Origin: Laetmonice hystrix
Lineage: Eukaryota
Length of the DNA: 64,000 bases
Direction of reading: 5' to 3'
Assembly (NCBI GenBank): GCA_965235115.1
Contig: OZ249437.1
Span: forward strand, 25,482,001 to 25,546,000
Part shown: piece after piece, positions 1 through 15,686 of the stretch
Position numbering within the stretch: the stretch's first letter is position 1
Layout: each line of letters opens with the position of its first letter
Notes under the pieces: generated by a model
The model's input: the letters and a program-made list of their open reading frames with translations, nothing else
What the model was told of the DNA's origin: nothing
Database searches by the model: none
Program-made: the position numbers and the translations under genes

Positions 1-3000
1 AATTGTATGTAATCTTAAGTGATCTCATGACTTTTCTTAAGAAATCCTGCGAGCAGTCTTGCAACGGATCACAAATCAGTCTTTAGTGTGGGAACGCTGT
101 CTTATAATCGTAGAGTGATTCCAAGACAGGCCCCCGATACCCCAAGATCTCCAATTACCCCTTCCTATCGTGCGATCCAAAATTCGTATGACTAGATGTG
201 ACTACGGGCTTTGCTGGTGATTATAGCTGTTTTGCACTGTCTCGCAGCCTCCAACAGGATTTCCAGTAATCATTTTGCGAGTAATTTAAATGGTTTTATT
301 CAAAAGAAACTTTTGTCTGGGAAATTCCCAAATTTTCTGGTTTTTCATCCTAGATCTTAGGGGTTTTTTTTGAATGAATGTTAACCCTGGTCAAGAGGTT
401 AAAACCAAACAGAAGTTATCAGACGTGAGGAAAGAAGAGGTGGAGTAAGCGTGGAGTATTTGTACGGTAGAATTGCCAGAGTTAGCGGCACAATGAGCAC
501 TAAATTAGGTCCGGGAAACCAGGACGGGTCACATGATCTACCCGATAGTCATGACAGGAAGGTTGCAACAACAAGGAAGTTGGTTTACGTATGGCATCAT
601 CTTCCTGTTTATCCTAAACATGTTTATCCAACTAGTTGGATCAACGGTTGGAGTTAGATCATGCGTGTACCACAATCAAACAAGTTGTATCAAAAATATT
701 TGTACCAGTTAGGAAATTTCAAATCGGCTCTACTTCCAACAAGTTGGATGGTGTCAAATGGCCCGAGTGTAGCTATTGTTTTAATCGTATGCTGTCTGAC
801 TGACAACCTATTTAAATTTACATGTGCAGTACTATTCTGGGGAAAATAGGAATTGGTCAGATGTCAAGAAATGGAGGGAATCAGTATACATAGTTGTTGG
901 ATACAGAAAGTTTCCATGGGGCTTGGAGAAGACACCAGACAGGACGAAATTAGCCGCACTCCAGTGCTGACTGAACATAATTATAGCACCTGTGAAGGAT
1001 CGGAGATAATGAACTGGAGCTGCAGGGGCAAACCTTTAATGTTTAAAGTTAATAAGGTTGACCTAGTTGTAGTTCCTGACATCAGCCCACTGGACGGATC
1101 CTGAAACATATACATGTGACTACCCTGTACACATGAAATACAGGGTGAGACCTACACAGTGATAGTACAGACGCATCATGTTTGAATCGGGGAAGATTAA
1201 TAGGGCATCCCAGCATGTTAGAGTCAGCTATCAGTATGGTGCCAAGCATATCAGAATCAGGGGGGGGGGGCATCACTCAGGGTCTGCTTGAAAGTTGATA
1301 GTGCAGTGGCTCTGCCCGGTTGATGACATGGGATGCCACAGCAGGCTGCCTACCTGCCCCCACAGTCCAAGAGCAGCTAAAGGTTCGTTACTTGGGACGG
1401 GGTCGCGTGTTCGGTCAGCAAAGGTGCCATTCCAGGATGCATTCCCCTGCAGGGATTCGATACAAGTGGCAGCGGCATCGTACCAGGATTTAAACTCGTA
1501 CTGGGGATAGCAACAGGATTTAAAGAGCCCTTGCACTGTTTCATTGACATATTGGATATGCAACAGGTTGTTTGTGTGTGGGTGCAAGATTTGATGAAAC
1601 CCAGTCTCTCTCTGAAAAATCAAAAAATCAAAAAGAAATCTGAAAAAAGGTCATGGCTCTCTATACTTGAGTGTATGTCAGACACGTATGTTGGTCTGGC
1701 AGTAAGTGTAATCCGACACTTGCATGCATAAAAAATGAATAAATAACTAGATAAATACATCAGTCACAAAAAGAAATAGTATAGTTGTTTGATCACGAAA
1801 CTTTTCCCATTAGTGCAATATGGTGTGTGTAACCTTTGTGGAGTAAATACCAATGTGAATATATATATATTGAGAGACCCTAATTGGATGAGAGGAAAAT
1901 TGTACAGGCTTGAAGCAGGCAGAGATAGTGGGGGATGAAATGCCAGCCAAACGTCATGACAGACCGGTCAAATGTTACCCATAGCTAAACAGTATGGGCC
2001 TGTTTTATCATGGTGTGGCCCTACTGGCCCCTAGTGTAAGCCACACTACACCCTTTCAGCACACAGAACGGAGGTCATATGTTTGACATGGACATACAAC
2101 TAGGACAAAAGCCCGTTGTCATTTACCATGAAAGTCATGAAGCCGGATGGTATTTGCGTTGCAGTGTTTAAGGACTGTTTTACTTGGTAAACAGACCGAT
2201 CTCTTTACTATCGACTTTAGTTTGGTCTAAAATATTTCAAACATCCATGGGAACACATATGTGTGAGTTTAAAATATGATTGCACTGCTACATACCGGTA
2301 TTAGAAATTCTCATTTTTCAACTATGATGTAAATGCAAAATGGATGTAAAAGAAGATCTGTAGTTTTAAAGGAGTCAAAGTCTCTCGTTTCAATGACTCC
2401 AAAATGCAGACATGGCCTGATGGGTTGTTAGGTTAGATAAGGCCTCTCTGATTGCATTAAGGGAAAATTTAGAGTCTGACCGAGCCTAATTAATGAAATG
2501 GATGAAACAATGTCGATACCCATCACAACCAGGCCCCCAGAGACAACCAATGCCTCAATCGTAGCCCTCAAGTATGACAAAGTCATAAATGATGTACGTA
2601 TTGGTGTGAGTCTGATAGCAAACTTGAGAAACACAGAATTTTAACTCTTCTAATTCAGTACAAAACAACAACCAGTGGTAATGGACATGTACTTTTTTAT
2701 GCTCTTGCTTTGTTTACAGTGTAACATTCCAAATTTTACTTTTGTCTTCAAACTTATGGCAGCTGTCAGATAAGATATACTGGTAGTACTTTAGGTAGGC
2801 CAAGGTACCTTACCACACCATGTACGTGGGACATATGATTCTGAGAGATTGTCATGTATAAATTAACGAGAAATACTGTAAACACCACGCCATGTTTATT
2901 TACAAGAAGATATTTTTTATTCCGTTGGCCCGTATGACATGTTCTATTTAAGTGTCAAGTATCATGCATGATTGCTACGTGATTGAGGATAAGTGTCAAA

Positions 3001-6000
3001 TTGTAATTTTAATGATCGTGACTGTATGAAAGATCATACCACATGTATACAATCACTTACCTGTAGTCATTCAGTGCAGGTCAACGGTGGTTCTATTAAA
3101 AAAGATTACCGCGGTTTTTTGCAACAAACTCCAGTTGAAAATAAAAAATAGATGGAAAGCTCAATCAATTTGGAGTGAGGTAGAAAGTGGCCGACCACAG
3201 CCATGTAAACGACCTGAAACTGGAAAGAAATCGCGGAACTCATCTTCGACCAAAACAAAAGGTCATACAAGTGCATACAGCAGCTGGTGTGTGTTAACTG
3301 GGGCTCAATAATTTTAGTGCTTGTCGGTTTGCATAGAAAGCCATCAGTTTTTGGCTAAGGGAGGAGAAAAGTACATTTACTGTTGGACGAGATATTTTCC
3401 TAGAGAGAAACTACATGTATACGTTTCCATTTCCAGGTTTTCAGATCAGTGATGCAACTAATATTTTCGCTGATTATTTTTTTAACTTAAGTGTGCATCT
3501 TACCACTACAAAAGGGTACAACCGTACATCCTGGCATGAAATTGTTTAAAAAAAATATTTATTAGTATTGTTCTTTTATATAGCTCTTTTATTATGGATA
3601 AATAAGTAAATATTCAAACTAAAACAATTGTGTATGTAACATTGCATACTCGGGTTACTAAATTCCTTACAGATGGGGGGAAAATTTAACCGAAGATTTG
3701 ACTGTGCCATGCCGTGTCATGGGATGACACCACCAGTTGTGTTAGGCAGTCCACCACAAACCACAGCATTTTCCACTTAGGAAGAAGTGATGAGTCTGTT
3801 TTTTAGTACATCCCGATGCTAGGTCACAGAACTTATTTGTTGTAGGATTTCCTGTTGTGGAAACTGGAAATAGAACTAGGTCATAGGAATTTATGTCATG
3901 TGGTCGGATGGAAAGGAGGAGGAAGTTGTCCAGTCCGGCTGGCTGTAAGTCGTGTATTGTACTATTCCTATTACTTTGGTAGATTACTTTAAAAAGGATG
4001 GAACTTTTATAATGTGTTTTCTTGTTTTACCTGTTTTTTGTACCATCCGTAAGTGTCCTGGTACATTGTTTTAGAAAGTAGGAAGGGAATGTACATGATT
4101 GTGAAAGGTGCCGTCTCGGTCTTACATATTTTTTATGGTGGGCTAGGAGATCTATATTATTAGAGAGTTTAAACCCGCCCAATATGTCTACACAGAAGGT
4201 GATTGTGAGAAAAACATAATCCTGTATTCCTTTGGATTTTGAGGGTACTTGTTTACAATCGTCGAGGTCAGTTATTAATGCCACATTTTTAGTCCTGTTA
4301 CAACGTTTTTCAACATATCGCTAATGTTAGGAGTTTTTTGGTTTTGTTTTCGATGGGGGAGATGAGACATTTCAGCACGTTGCTTACCTAACCTTCTGTA
4401 ACTAGCTTTGTGAAGAGTGGTTTGATTTGAGGTTATTTATGTGACTGATTTTTGAAATATTCTAAAAAAACTAAGCATTATTTTTGCCGGGGACTGTGTA
4501 AAATCATTTCAACAAGTTCCCATGGAAGACGGACTTTCTATGAGCTTATCACCCTCAGGTCTCTTGCAACAGTAAACGGGCATAAAATGTGTGAACATTG
4601 CATTAGAGCTTCTCAGCGATGTTACAAAAAGGATGAGGCTATCATCCATTACAGGTTAAGCTATAAGCAGTAACGTCAGCGGAACACATAGCGGACATGC
4701 GGATTTTGAGGGGCATCCGAGATCTGTCAAAATTAAATTTTTGATGTTTGAATATTTCATGTATGCCTATGGGTATCAGTTTTATAAGTTGGGCAAGTTG
4801 ATTTGTCCATAAAATCCTCAATGTGAGGAATAACGTAATTGTATCTAGGCCTAATGCCAGTGTTTTTATGTTGCTGCCTTTTGATAACATTGGACAACTT
4901 GGAATGGTAAAATTCCGAAATGGAAATTTATCTCCCTATAGAGTGATTTTGAAAGGATGACATATGGCTCGTCATTTGGAGTGAATTAAGTTATATCAGT
5001 TAAAAATGAAATGTACCGATCAGGAATAGTATTACAACTGTCCTTTGAAATGACAACCAGTCTCCATTGCTATTAAAATTATGCATTGTAACAATCTTTT
5101 CGTCATATGATGAATGTCATTTGAGACTTTTAACATTCATTTATCATATCGGTTGCAATTTCCCCAATAGCTACATTTCAAATTTTGGTAATCTCGGTGA
5201 GATTCGAGATATTGCAGCACTGGGTTCAGCTGTTTTGTGGTCCTGTCACCAGGTGGAACCCTTGCATACATGGCCATGAGAACCACACTCCTGACATAGG
5301 GAACCAAAGTAAACCCCGCCCCAAGTGCGTGAAAACGCCCAGCGGTGTCACCCTGTTATCGCTTAACATAGGCACAGATACTGAGATAGGGAGTCTGTAT
5401 TCGACCCATCACTACGGTTGCTGGGTTAAGTATTTTGATTCTGAATATAGCTTGGAAAGCTTGGAAAAAGTTTAGGTGCCCTGGCAAATTCTAAGATGTT
5501 TTAAATTTAATCGATTTTATTGAGCCCTGACAACATTGTGAATGAGAAACCTAGAATGAGCGACTTTTAGGAACAATGCACATTTGACAACGCTATGTCA
5601 CAAGTGGTCACAATGGAATGTGATCATAGCGCAGCCTAAAAATAATGGCGGACGGTGCTTCGCTTCGGCAATTCAGACGCCTCTAACTCTTGAGTTACTG
5701 TTAAAATACACAAGGAAGGACGTCAAAACGTGACATAAGGGGGATAAAATATAGACCCGCGTATGCACCCTTCGCACCCCCCCCCCCCCACTACGTACGG
5801 GCCTGAGAATGACATGAGATGGTGAAGTAGAACATGAGTGACAGGATAGGTGTTAATGTTTGAGCCACTGTTGGCCGGGAAGATTGGAATGAGATTAAAG
5901 CAATTCCTAATAACCTAGGTGGGAGAACATGTAAGCCCGGAGACGCCTCCCCCTTCCCATCTCCAGGATGATCTATATCTACATGGTGCGCAACTGACAT

Positions 6001-6567
6001 CAAATAACAAAGCCAAGAGGACAGTAAATGTCGAAAGTGCATGATCGAGTAGACTGTTGAAAGTAACAGGTGATAATTCTATCAACAGTCAGAAAACTTT
6101 GCATTTTCGAATGGTTGCTGAAGGCAAATCAAGTTTAATATCTGAAGCATTTACTGACAACAACTATAAGTACATGTATGTGTGTGTCTCTGACGCACTG
6201 TGTCACGGAAAGTGAAGTAAAGTAGTTGGCAGCTATTTTTCGTTCTGATACAATGTGCCTAAGTGCTGGACAAACAGAGCTTTTCCACTTTGATTTGTGT
6301 TACTGTTCTGAGAGTATTGATAAAATAAATAGTGGGTATTGAATTAAAGTGATGACGTGTAATTGGATTAACGCGAGCGTCAGTTGTAAATGTAGTAATC
6401 ACCAGCAAACAAACGTTAACTGTTATCTGTGGACCGTATCATCGAACGGTCGAAGTGTATTGCGACTTGCTTCCTAGTCCAAAAACCAATTCGTGATGAT
6501 CAAATGAATATTCTGACATACCTGGCATGACCATGGCTATTTCATGACTTTACATGAAATATATTAA

Positions 6568-6759
6568 AGGGACACAATTGGAAGAATCACACTTTCGACA
6601 GGCTTTTGAACTTTTGGTGAGGCATTCCATATAGTTAAATGCAAAACATAAGAAAATTGGATGAAAACCGTTGTCTTGGCCGAGAAAGGGCATGACTTCC
6701 AATGGGGTCACTTGGGGCCACCCCCCCCCCCAGTGCTTTTGAATTTCGGTTCTGACCCT
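6568..6759. mobile_element. Candidate TTAA-flanked MITE (Kolobok/piggyBac-type target site)
   Basis: ttaa|agggacac ... ctgaccct|ttaa, with short imperfect TIRs (AGGGaCA versus AGGGtCA). Confidence 0.45.
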
Positions 6760-7886
6760 TTAATTTTACAATTGGTAATTCTTTTTACCCCCTGGCACTC
6801 CGACCAAATGCTTCTCGAAGCGTCAAGTGTACGGAATTGTAGAGGTGGCAGACCGCTTCCTCTTTATTACTTTTTACTTTTGGAAAATACAAGAAAATAT
6901 ACACATCTGAGTCTGTGAGACCGGCACAAGATTGCACATAACGGTACATGTACCTGTAATTTGTATTACAAGGGGCACTTAGACGGCTGTATTTCCTGAC
7001 TCCAGCCGTGAAGTGACAGACAGAAGGGATTGATAGAAGTTTATATTCACAAGGGATCATACTTTGTTTGCGTCTTTCTCCGGTAGTCTCAATTGAGACC
7101 GGAAACTTGGTTGGAGGGGTGGAGGGGGGGGGGGGGGGGTGGGAGTAGAGTAGAGTAGGTGGGCGTGCTCGGGATATTGTCGGTGTATGATCACCAGCCA
7201 CAGACGGAATTATGTACATCACCGAAGTTAATTATGGCAAAAAGGTAGCACTCTTCGATGTTTTGGTCTGTTCAGCGATCACAACCTTTGTGTAGCGGAC
7301 CCACAAGAGATGGCGCTGTGAAGCGGCAGGCAGGGGTTCTGTAGTTTGCTCTTTAGTAGGTACGAATGTCAAGGATAACTTGAAAACAGTACAACTGGAA
7401 GAAACCCACCAACCTGTTTGTTTGTCAGTGTTTATGTGTGTGTATGTTAGGGTGGGGTGTGTGCAGGTTTATGTGACCCAGCTGTGGTCTCGCAGCCACT
7501 CTTGGAACCGTCATAACCCGTCCCAACAGACGTGCCGGACCTCTTGGGACGTCATTAATCCCTTTACTTCGGCATGCAGCGGTGGCGGCTACATCACCAC
7601 GACTCCACCGTACCCAGCTCTGATTCTGTCCTCTCCCTACGCTCCTGAATTGACTGTCCGTCCCACCATTGGCACCAGCACCACCACCACCACCATCATC
7701 ATCACTACACTGGTTATAATCTTCCTACTCCTTGTTGTAGTTCGCAGTGTATTGGTTAACCTGTGTATGTTCTAACCAAGGAGGCCGTGATCACCTAGTC
7801 AAGTTAGTTGTAGGATAGATCGGTCAACCCAAATTGGCATTGCTTCATGCAACCTGCACCTGAGAAACCTTGTTCGCTTTATGCAG

Positions 7887-7970
7887 GTGTGAACAGAGTT
7901 TGCTGCAGAGAGTGAAAAGTTTGTGAAGTGCGTTCGTACACTGGGCCCCCCATCAGGTGTTGTGATGAAG
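7887..7970 (+). CDS. Candidate mostly-UTR exon ending in ATG AAG (MK)
   Basis: Acceptor cttgttcgctttatgcag| and donor ATGAAG|gtatgt. An in-frame TGA at 7890 precedes the ATG at 7965. Splicing to 50122 gives MKRGSEELL. Confidence 0.38.
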
Positions 7971-10900
7971 GTATGTACAGGCTTTCTCTCCTGTTCAGCC
8001 TATACTAGTTGGCCCCTTGCCCTGGACATTCCTGGCTCGTGTACCTTCTGTCTCACTCTGTTACCGTATCACTAACATTAGACAAGCCTACCACGTTAGA
8101 TATAACTACTCGCTACCAATATAGCTGGATCCTTCACAACTGCTAGCTAGTAAGCTTAACCGTAGATCAGTACAATAGAACTAATCGAGGTTCATAACAA
8201 CTTGGATGATGGTCATTCTCGCAGCATTTAACCATTCGTACTAATTTAATAGTAACTGTTGGGGTATGCGTTTGTTATGGCTACCTTTGTATTAGCGACT
8301 TAGGTATATTCTGTGTGGCCAGTGTATGGCCGGTATGTATTTGGAGAACCTCATTGTTGCCAAAACGCGTTTCCCTCCCTGGTCACGTGTTCACGTCACC
8401 GTTTCCATGACTACCGCTCTATGTTTCCTTATAACCACTGGACCCCGGAAAGACAGCCAGTGGCTCTCAGAAAGTGATTCATGCAGTTTCTTTTTGATGT
8501 TACGTATTAGTCATGAAATAACGCATTCTTTTGAAGGGTTGTATAACTTGTGATGAACTGATGTCATTATTCGTCACTGGACCTTACCCCTCCCTTCAGT
8601 GGCTGACCCTTCGTCAAGCGTCTAGCGTCACAAACTTGAAAGGTGCTGTTAAAGGCGTCATGGGGCGCGTTTCTCAAACGGGTTGTTGCTTGTCGGTTGA
8701 TAAACCCCAGTATACTTATGACAGCGATCTCAGGTCCTGATCGACTAAAGGCTGTTTGGGATTGTATCCCTAATTTGTAAGAATAAAGTCATTATCAATT
8801 TCCTGGCCTAGGTGAAGAGTGATCATTCTTAGTAGTCGTCTGAGTCGGCCCCTGTTGAAGATACTTACCGATAGGTCGGAGGGGATGGAGGGGTTGTGCG
8901 TGGACTGTAGTGCCAGTATCTTTCTTACTGTATCTTTCCTTTTAAGGGTGATTGTTCCAGACCTCTCGGTGAACATCTCAGCGTTTCCCAGGCACCAACG
9001 TGATATTTATCTTCTATTGTTTAAAAAAATATTTGATGTCAATTAAAAGTGATTAATTTGCATTGGTATGACCCCCTTTCATCGCCCCCCCCCCCAAAGA
9101 CACATTCATGCTAATAGGTAAAGTATTCGTGCGTCTGTCATAACGAACAAAAAGAAATTTTGCATTGAACTTAGCCTTTCTTTTAATAACTCTGTGATGG
9201 TTCATAGTGAAATAGGAACAAAAACGTTCGTTCGTTCGTTCAAGCAAGGAAACAAATAAACCTAGGTTCAGCCATCATTGCATGGCATATACGAATCAGA
9301 TCTTGGTGTGCAACCATCTCAGAGAAAAACCACAGCAACGGGATGGGAAGAATAAGGCTTGGTTGTGAAAATTGTCATGACAGGAAGGAAAAGATAAACA
9401 TATTGTTATCGTCGACATGTCGCCACTAGGGTGCCCTTCGTAATCTGGTGTTAGACAGAAAACAACTCCATCCCAAATTTCTGTCAGACTACACGTATTT
9501 TATGACAACAACCCGACTGAAGAGTGGTGTCCTCACCGACCGTAATGCCCGTACTGACTCGCTCTACGGAGGTGGCATTTTCATGGTTCTTTGTCGGTCA
9601 TCCAGGAGTGACACGTGACTGTCTGATCTGTTGTTGGTCCCTCGCCAGGCCTGGTGCTTCTTTCATTGGTATCACTCAGCCGGGCCATTACTTACTCATA
9701 ATGCAAGGTTATACATGATGACTGTAAAGAGCGACCCCGTGAAATGACAACGAAGTTAATTGTGCGGGAATACGAGGCTGTGGGGCGATCATGATATATG
9801 ACAGCAAGCCCTTACTTGTACATGTTTATCTCATGTTGTTTGAACTTGAAGTAGGGTAATCTTGTATCGTCTGCAGTTAGAAGATTCTACAGTGCCTAGA
9901 GTTCAGTATTTATCACCCCATCCAGCGTTCTGCTAAGGTTGTTAGAGAAAGACTTCAATGCAGTACATTTCTGTAAACAAGGCGATTTTTTGCCAAATGA
10001 TGATGACATCTCCATGCCAGAGTGCATAGTGAAATGTTGCCTGTCTCATGGTGGGTAGCATCCTTATAGCCAGGGAAAGAATAACACAGGATGCATCCCC
10101 AACCACCACCACCACCACCACCACCATGCCATGCCAGGTCTAGATATTGATTATTACTTTGTGATTTTCGCATTCCTCAATCATATTTTCTTGCTAGATT
10201 CGCCATGGAAATCCATAGGTCTTTCCTTTACATCCGCCCTGACCTCCCAACAATGTTTGGTTACCGCCTGGAATGAAACTGTTGTAATCAGGTCGACTAT
10301 CTCCTAGAGTTGTCTAAAGTCAGTCGGTACACTTTGCAGTCAGTAGGTAGATCCGCATAATGCTGATGACCTACACTGTAGGTTTCGTTAACTAGTGGTA
10401 TATTGCAATGTTTCGCGGCTTCTGAAGTTGCCACTGATTCCAGAAGACAGCTCATGTTAAGAAAAGTTCCTTTGTCTGTAACTGGATTTAGCGTCACAGC
10501 GAGGCAATAGGTCGACAAATGTGTGTTTCCAGGCAGATAAGCTTATTAAAGTACAACATGTATTATACGAAGTGTCGGCCTCCATTGAGGGACTTTCAAA
10601 AATATTTTAAGTAAGTTAAAAGACGAATAAATAAAGAAGTAAATATAAGGGGGGGGGGTTAAAAAAACAAAATAAACTAAACTGGAGTTAGATATCATTT
10701 CACCAGTGAACAGACATTGAGTGAGCTGAAGTAAGCAGATTTGTCTGACCGAATGCAGAATTGGCATGTAGAATTTACAGGTTAATGCAAATTTATCAAG
10801 TTCCATTGTGTTTTATTATACTAGTATGCAAATTTCCATCAAGTGATGGAAAAATATGCTGTGAGTGACATAAAGGTAGTGTATCCAATATGTGCGCCGT

Positions 10901-13900
10901 TAAGTGCGCATATTGTGGGGTATAATGTATTGGGGATACCAATACCCCACTTATCTTTCCCAGCAATGTGTAAATTGTTGACGGGGATGTAGACACAAAG
11001 AAACCACTTTTCTGGTATCTCTGCCAAGCTGCTGATGATGATTTGAGAGCATTTCTTCTGTGCATCATTGAAGGCAATATGAGTATGCAACACCATGTCG
11101 ATTTGTGTTTCGGATCTCAGCTAATTCAGTCTCGCGTGCTTACAGCCTGCAATTTACAAAGGTTTTATCCTGTTGTATTTGTTTTGCCTGGGAACTGGAT
11201 GATTGGTAAAATCTGCCGTAAGAGCCTGTTTAGAATCCTTACAGTGCAATATTGCATCTAGCATTAAATAAGAAAATGGAAATAGCTTTTGCCGTGTGCA
11301 TGGCTCTATGCACGTGTTTCATTGAATAAAAGTCCTAGTAAGTCACTCTTAGTGAGTCTGACTGGCTTGTTTGGAGGAGTTCCAACTCCCGGTGGTATCT
11401 TCCGTCGGTAGCAGCTCGACAGAAGTCTCACTTAGTAAGGCCACCCTGTGAAAATTTTCTCTATGTTATAGTACGCAGAAAAAATTGTACATACATTTAA
11501 TAGTTTGAACCCGGATGACTGGCCAGTACTTGTACCTTTCTCAAGGAACTTCCATACAATCATGCTACAAAATCATTATGAGCCATGTTGACTATCAGTT
11601 CGTGCCATCAAGAGCACCGGGTCAGTGAGTTGCAGACTACTTTTCTCCTCTTCATTACGATCCAGTGTAGCCTCATGTAAGCGTTTATAGTAGCCAATGT
11701 AATAAAGGTAATGTACACCTTAGTATTCAGGGTAATATTTCATTACAAGTTTTGTAAGCCTTCTTAACATTCTGTAGACAGTAGTAGCCTTTGTCAGGCA
11801 TTACCCACACAGGTTTTGTAAATCGGGACTCCTGTATCCAGTACTACTTACGTCAGTTACTATCCCTCAGAGTGCGTAAAAATCAACAAAGGTCTTAAAC
11901 GTAGCATTTATAAGGCACATTATATTTGGTTTGATAGTGGCCTAAACCATGAGCCATAGATTTGTTGGGGGAGAGGGTGAGGATGGGAGTATTGTATTGA
12001 AATTGTTCAGACGAAGACTAGAAGGTACATAAAGAGCACATAGAGAGCACATAGGCAGAATGATGCGAAGACGTAGTACACCACGGGCCTGAAGGTCGTA
12101 CGTACGAATGGAAGGGGCAGGTGTAATGGTCAAAGGAGAAGAAAGTGGTGAAAAATGAAGAGAGCCCATTTGTGTGGAGGCTGGTTCTGCCAGAATGCCT
12201 TCATGTCCCGCTGGCCAGGAGCGCGGGGGCCACTTGGATAATTGGGCGCAGAGCATCGCCTTGGGGAGCATTGTCCAGAATTGCAAGAGGTCGCTGCGTA
12301 TGACTTCTCCGGGATCCAGTTGCACTGATGCTTGATGGACACGCTATCTGGAGGGGATTGAAAATTTGCCTTTAAGTGATAAATGCTAGCTTTGATGCAG
12401 TGTGGCAGAGGCGGCATTAGGACTAAATGGTTAATGCACCTGTTGGATTATGAGAATGTTAATGTGCAGCGGGACACGGTTATAATCCTGGAGAGGACAG
12501 TAAGGACCTGAGAGGGCAGCGCCAGCCTAGATCTGTGGGGCCGGATGGCTGGCAGGCAGGCAGGCTGGCTGGCTTTGGATCTGACTTCAGTTGCATGGCC
12601 CTGATGTGGCCCAGTCAACAGCCGGCAGCACACCCAGGCTACAGAGGACAAGGCTCAGGAGCAGCTCAGGTTGTTGTTGGGCTGATGGCTCAATTATGTA
12701 GCACTAAAGGTGGGATTATGGAAGGCAGGGCCTTTTAGAGCCATTTCATAGAGATAATGAGGCATGAAGTGTGGTCTCTGTCGGTCGGTAAAGGGGACAG
12801 GGGATGAGCGGCTGCTTTGCCTGACCAATCCTAACATCCGTCACAGGAGCAGCACGGACTGGCCGTGCCTCAACCCTTCTCAACGCTCATCACTTGAGGC
12901 ATCAAGGCCGCAGAGCCTCGGTGGGCCACAGACAGAGAGAGAGAGATGTCTGCCCGCCCAACAACACCTGAATTGGGAAGGAGTTATGTACCAGTTTAGT
13001 ATGGTTTACTTTGTTGATGAGGCTGACGCCATGGTATTGCCAAAGAGCCGGGTCTGTGACTTGGTTCGAGTGTCAACAGGGATGGCTTGATCTGAGCTAG
13101 GTGGGCAACCACACCACGATCCCAGTTAGAGGTCGGAAATATGGGTGAATGCATCCGAATTCATAGCCTTGTCCCAGACATAATTACACACTTATTACTG
13201 GCCATCGTTTGCAGCAAGTTTGAAGTTGCAGCATTGTATTTACTAGACAGTGATCAGTTTCATTTCCAAGAATGTGCTGAGCCCTACATGTCCAAGCCCC
13301 CCCCCCCCACCTTTCTCCTGTCTGCTTGTTAAGCGATGGGCAGATCCCAGGTGAATACATTAAAGCCTACCTCTGCCTCTGCCTTCTTAAAGTGGTACAG
13401 ACATCCAGATCCCGATAATACTTGTAATTTGTCGTTCTGTAAAGGAATGGTTGTTGTACAACAACGTGAACTGTCTGTAATCTGTGACCAAAATGACCAA
13501 TTCCCGTGCACATATCACTTCCGGTTTTCGGTCAAGAGCAGTCGGGAGCGAGACTACGATGTGGCGTGTGATTCAAATTGTCAGTATTTTTTCAATGTTA
13601 CTTTGTGAGAGAATTTATCAGAAAACCCTATCCCGGACACGTCTACAACTCACAGTGATCTATCCAGATCAGTAAAGGTGCCTATGTGATGTCTGTACTT
13701 TAAGAGGCGTAATAAACACACATGGCGCTCATTGCTGTACCAGTTGAAACCCGTCAGTGCTGATTAGATCTAGTCGCCAGAGTCTAATTGGACGAATAGC
13801 CTTCTTACAGCTCTGCGCGCTTGACTTGTTAGTACTTTTGACCAATGTATTACTTTAAAAATATCATTAGCCCCGTATGGAAACGAGCTTTAACCATTTT

Positions 13901-15180
13901 AGCAGTATTAGCTGTAAATCGCAATGGCAAGTACTTCGTCTGCTCGGGAACCAGATATCGTCTTGGTCTTGATGTTCTTCCCCGACATTTTGCACCCTCT
14001 GGTAGAAAAGTACCGCAAATGAATCGATTAAGAACACAAATTTTGTTACTTTGTTCAGTGCCTTCCAACCGAAATAATACAGGCACATTACGGGAGGTAT
14101 GGGTGACGACAGCGTGTCCAATGCAGTGCAAATTACCATGTAACTGTTGTTACAGCCACGATCTGCAGTTTGCCTCATGGAAGGGAAAAAGTTATAATAG
14201 GAGGAAAATGAACTAGCAACCTCACGTTCTTCAGGTAAATTGTTGGTCTTTAGAATAAAACTGCGTATTCTGCCACCTCGGAATGCTCCCCATACGTGCC
14301 TGTTTGTATGAAGTGAAACAGTTGGGGATTGTGGCGGGAAGTGAGAATTTATGTCGATGGACGGGGTCGGATCAGCGGTTTATGGGGGTAGTGGAGAACG
14401 ATGATAGCTTTGACAAGAGACAATGTGAGTAAAAGTTGCTGCTGTGAGTGATTGGAGAGGCAGGGTCTGTGGGGAGGGGGATGAAGAAGATTAAAAAGTA
14501 AGGCATCAGAAGAGATGTTCACCGATGGGGGTAACCTTACAACTCATCAACCGGATGAGCTTTAAGTTTTAAGGCAGATTTCCAGATAAAGTGTGGTGGG
14601 CGCTACTATTTTCATGCATCCATCTTATATGAAGTAAGGCATCAGTGTGTGGGCTCTTGGCACAGTTGAATATTTGTGTGATCTGTGAAAGGCCAAGATC
14701 AAAGCGAAACACACACATATAGGACTGACAACATGCATAATTTGCAAGTATTGAATATTTCATGGTTTGTGGCGTGTAAATCTCTTGGCTGTATCTCCTA
14801 AAGACGAGCCGAGTAAATGGAACTGTGCCTCTGGCTTTTGAAGCCGAGAAGTAAGTCAGAATACGAAGAGATGCTTTACATTTGGATGGAGCTTTCACAC
14901 TGCAAGTTTCTCTGACATGGACTCTCAGAATCCTGGACTTAGGTGGGATGATCTCCTCCAGAAACTAACCGTTTGGTTGCAATAATCTCTTCTAAACATG
15001 GCTGGGGGAGCACCCTGGAGATCTTTTTTAATGCTGGAGGCCCAGTTTGGAGTAGAAATTAGTCATTTTCTCCCGAGCGATTATGGTGAGGTAATTTAGT
15101 TATTTTAAAACAAAATACAACTGTACTAGTTGGATCTTTCATCACTGTCAAGAATAGGAGCCGAAAAATAGCTCCGACTG

Positions 15181-15278
15181 CCTAGTTTCAGTATTTGTGC
15201 GGTATCCTGTTCGTGAGGTTTGAACACAGACCTTTTGGGTGATGTAGGGCAACCTCGTCCAGTCAGGTAAAGGCTGCC
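15181..15278 (-). mobile_element. Possible degenerate tRNA-derived SINE head
   Basis: The minus strand has an A-box-like tacctgactgg and a B-box gttcaaacc about 33 nt apart. It does not fold as a tRNA. Confidence 0.25.
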
Positions 15279-15686
15279 AACAGCTTTTTTTTAGCACCTG
15301 CGTTATTTTCAAATGAAATCTTTCCCAGACCCAGCATGTAATTGGTTGGTGGGTGGGTGGGTGGGTTCAGGTAGTTTAGCTACATCACTTGTAGAAAGAC
15401 AAGGTTATTGCGACAGATGGTGTGTTGTACTTGGGTAGGGCCTCTCCCCCAGACGCTCCGTGGTCATCGTGTGGTGGATTACATAGGATTCCGTCCTGAT
15501 CTTCCATGGTTGCCCTAACCTGACCCAACTTGTCCCTTCCCCTCACATGCGTTGGCATTTCTTCTGGTTGTTTCATGAGAAATAATTGAAGTTCATATCA
15601 TAATACCATATACTATCGCCTCATCTTGCCAATAGATGTCTAAGAATGATTACATGGCATGCGGCTCACACCTGATAATGAAGATA

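Noticed and set aside
7573-7759. His-rich frame (MQRWRLHHH...HQHHHHHHHHHY)
   Set aside because: Interrupted by an in-frame TGA; derives from the (CAC/CAT)n microsatellite.
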